Assembly (NCBI RefSeq): GCF_000143415.4
Contig: NW_003314423.1
Location: 74,011-138,010, forward strand
Direction of reading: 5' to 3'
Source of the DNA: Selaginella moellendorffii
Lineage: Eukaryota > Plantae > Lycopodiophyta
DNA length: 64,000 bases
The notes below the pieces were generated by a model, which did not search any database, was not told the origin of the DNA, and saw nothing but the letters and a program-made list of their open reading frames with translations. Positions 61,763 to 64,000 of the stretch are shown here, one piece after another. Made by a program: the position numbers and the translations under genes. Positions within the stretch are counted from its first letter, which is position 1. Each line of letters starts with the position of its first letter.

Positions 61763-62049
61763 CGTGACGGAGTGCGTTGATTTGGACGAGACAGAGACGG
61801 AGACAAAGCTTCCCTCGTCGAAACCAAACAGTGGGACTGTGTTACAACTTAAGACCCACGCATTCGGAGGAGAATGCTGCTGGACCAAGAATTATTTATC
61901 TCAGTTACCAGGTATTCACATTTATTTCTTTTCTTGCCTCACATTTCTTCTCCCAGATAATACTCCACTTGGATAGTGCATAAGACATGTTTAATCATCG
62001 TTTCATGTTTTAAATTTGCGGTTTCAGGAAATGTCGGGTATTTGAGAAG

Positions 62050-62500
62050 CTGGATCATGTGATTCCACGGTTCCAAGCAGCAGAGCAACAAACCGGGGGA
62101 CATGGAGAAGCGGCCAAAGAGTGCCGGAGCAGCCTCCCCGTCGCTCAGCTGCCGGCTCTCGACGACGGCCTAGCCTCAATAGCATCACTCCTCCTGGGCG
62201 TGAGTGCCAGGAACAGTAACGAGCGTCCTCTCGGGCATCGCGGGCCTCATCGCCGGCGCGTGCAGCATGGCGGTGGGAGAGTTCCTGTCGGTGTCCTCGC
62301 AGCGCGACCACGAGCCGAGATAGAGAGGAGGGGGCGGCAGCACACCGCCGGGGGTGCGGGAGAATTGACATGGAGGCGCTGGCGCGACCGTGGCAGTGTC
62401 GGCGACGGTGTTTACCACTGGCGGTGGCGTGCCCCTGCTAGCCGCGGGGTTCGTGGAGGCGTACCGCCATGGCGAGGCTGATGGTGTTGAGGCCCAGATA
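62050..62500 (+). pseudogene. VIT1/CCC1-like pseudogene, copy 2
   Basis: DGLASIASLLLGVSARNSNER, then frameshifted GIAGLIAGACSMAVGEFLSVSSQRD. Confidence 0.8.
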
Positions 62501-63584
62501 GTCGTGGACGAAGCTAAACACCGCGTTGGCGGCTGCATTTACAGTTGATTGTTAAAGTTAAAGCCGACTCTTTCTTAGAAGAAAATTAATAAATGACGAA
62601 ATCTTTTTTAAAAAAAGTATATTAAATAATTATGCCTGGATATTATAGGAATATTTTTGTACAAATAATAGAATCCTAGAATATAAATATAAAATTTAAA
62701 TATTCCATATTTAAACTCTAACTTTCTCCAGAAGACCTAGATTTTAGAAAAATCTGAAATACTCTTGAAACAATCAAGAAATTAAAAGTAAATATATTCT
62801 CATTCACATTTTGCTTCCGAAGCAGTGCAAGTATTTTGGGATTGAGGGTTGAGAGATGTTATGGGTTTTGTAAGTGAAATATGATAAAATACCAGCCTTC
62901 AGCATATTCATGCCTATACGACATATAATATTCAACGGTAGGAAATAAATGCTTTTACTTGGAGAGTTCAACCATTATAAAAAGAAAAAAGTGCTTAAAT
63001 CCCCCATGTGAAATATGTCACACAAAAATTTAGACATACCAGCTTAATTCGAGAAACACTTTCATTCCAGTGCTATGTTTGAAACACTTTACTTTGTTAT
63101 GCATTTGTGCTCTTTAGTTGAAATCTGAAATGTTGGAGAAACAGTTTGAGCACACACTTGCTTAAGTTTGAAACAGCTAAAATTCATGCGCTCACATAGA
63201 TGCAATGTTTCACTAAGAATCACTTGATTATATCATTGGATGGTTTGGAAAAACATTAACTGATTAAAAATTGAAACTATAAGAAGAATATTCATTATAA
63301 GACAATTGTTTTCCAAATAATAATTATAGCTTTAAATCCTGCTGTGCCAAACAATATTAATGAAAAAAAAATTAATATTCATGTGTGAAAGATATCTCCA
63401 AAGATAAATATGACACTCAATCAATATGTTATTATCTTATAGTTTTATTGTGCTAAATTAAACGAATCAACCCAAAGAAATAGAATAATTTTTATTGTCC
63501 AGTACTTAGAATTTTTTAGGTACTAAACCTATAAAAACAAAATATTTCTGATAATAGTACCGTGAAGGGAGCATCTAGCGGATT

Positions 63585-63842
63585 CTATGTATGGAGGGGT
63601 ATGCAGGGCTGCTCGACTGACATGTCAGAGAAGTGCAACCTGACACATCTCGTGCTTTTGGGTTAGCATCTACTTTTGGTACCATGAAAACTTGCATGTG
63701 GACGTGGACCTCAACCTGCTTAAGAACCTGCTCGACTTATACTCATTTCAGCAAGAGACCAGCACCTAATGTCCTGGGAATGATTGGAATGCAGCTCCCA
63801 TATGACAAGGAGGAGCATAAACGTAAGACTCAGAGGAAGTGA
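63585..63842 (+). pseudogene. Fourth, more diverged ECD 3' fragment
   Basis: APNVLGMIGMQLPYDKEEHKRKTQRK and the 3' UTR match 61480-61840. Confidence 0.85.
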
Positions 63843-64000
63843 TGTGAAGAACTTTAACAAGAGAGACATGCAGACAAAGCTTCCCTCACAGAAAACAATG
63901 AGTGTGGGACTGTGGACTGTGCAGAGTCTGTTAAAAGTTGAATACTTGTTGACCTTTCTAGAGTTTAAATCATACTCCCTTATTTAAACGTGCTATTGGC

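Overview
Eukaryotic, land-plant nuclear DNA. It is gene-dense with very short GT-AG introns (about 45-75 nt) and PLS-class PPR genes, a style most consistent with the lycophyte Selaginella (inference). There are four parts. (1) 1-11 kb: a tandem segmental duplication of an LRR receptor-like protein / PPR / tRNA-Asp / small TM gene / PPR block, in which the two copies have decayed reciprocally. (2) 11.9-32.8 kb: a dispersed cluster of nine divergent, intronless ATL-type (TM + RING-H2) E3 ligase genes, five on + and then four on -. They are interleaved with tRNA-His, a PPR-CBS gene, an RKD-type RWP-RK transcription factor and RAD54. None of the nine has the canonical 15-residue spacing between zinc ligands 2 and 3. 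(3) 33.4-38 kb and 57.1-64 kb: repeated copies of a block with an orphan coiled-coil gene, a potato-inhibitor-I protease inhibitor (missed by the ORF track), a GDSL lipase, ecdysoneless/SGT1 and a VIT/CCC1-like gene. Most copies are pseudogenised, one by an 885-bp TRIM insertion. (4) 39.8-54.3 kb: a non-coding LTR retrotransposon (LARD-like) inserted in opposite orientation into an older copy of its own family, which creates multi-kb inverted repeats. A spliced gene with a C-terminal HSP20/alpha-crystallin domain follows. All calls come from reading the sequence by eye; no searches were run.
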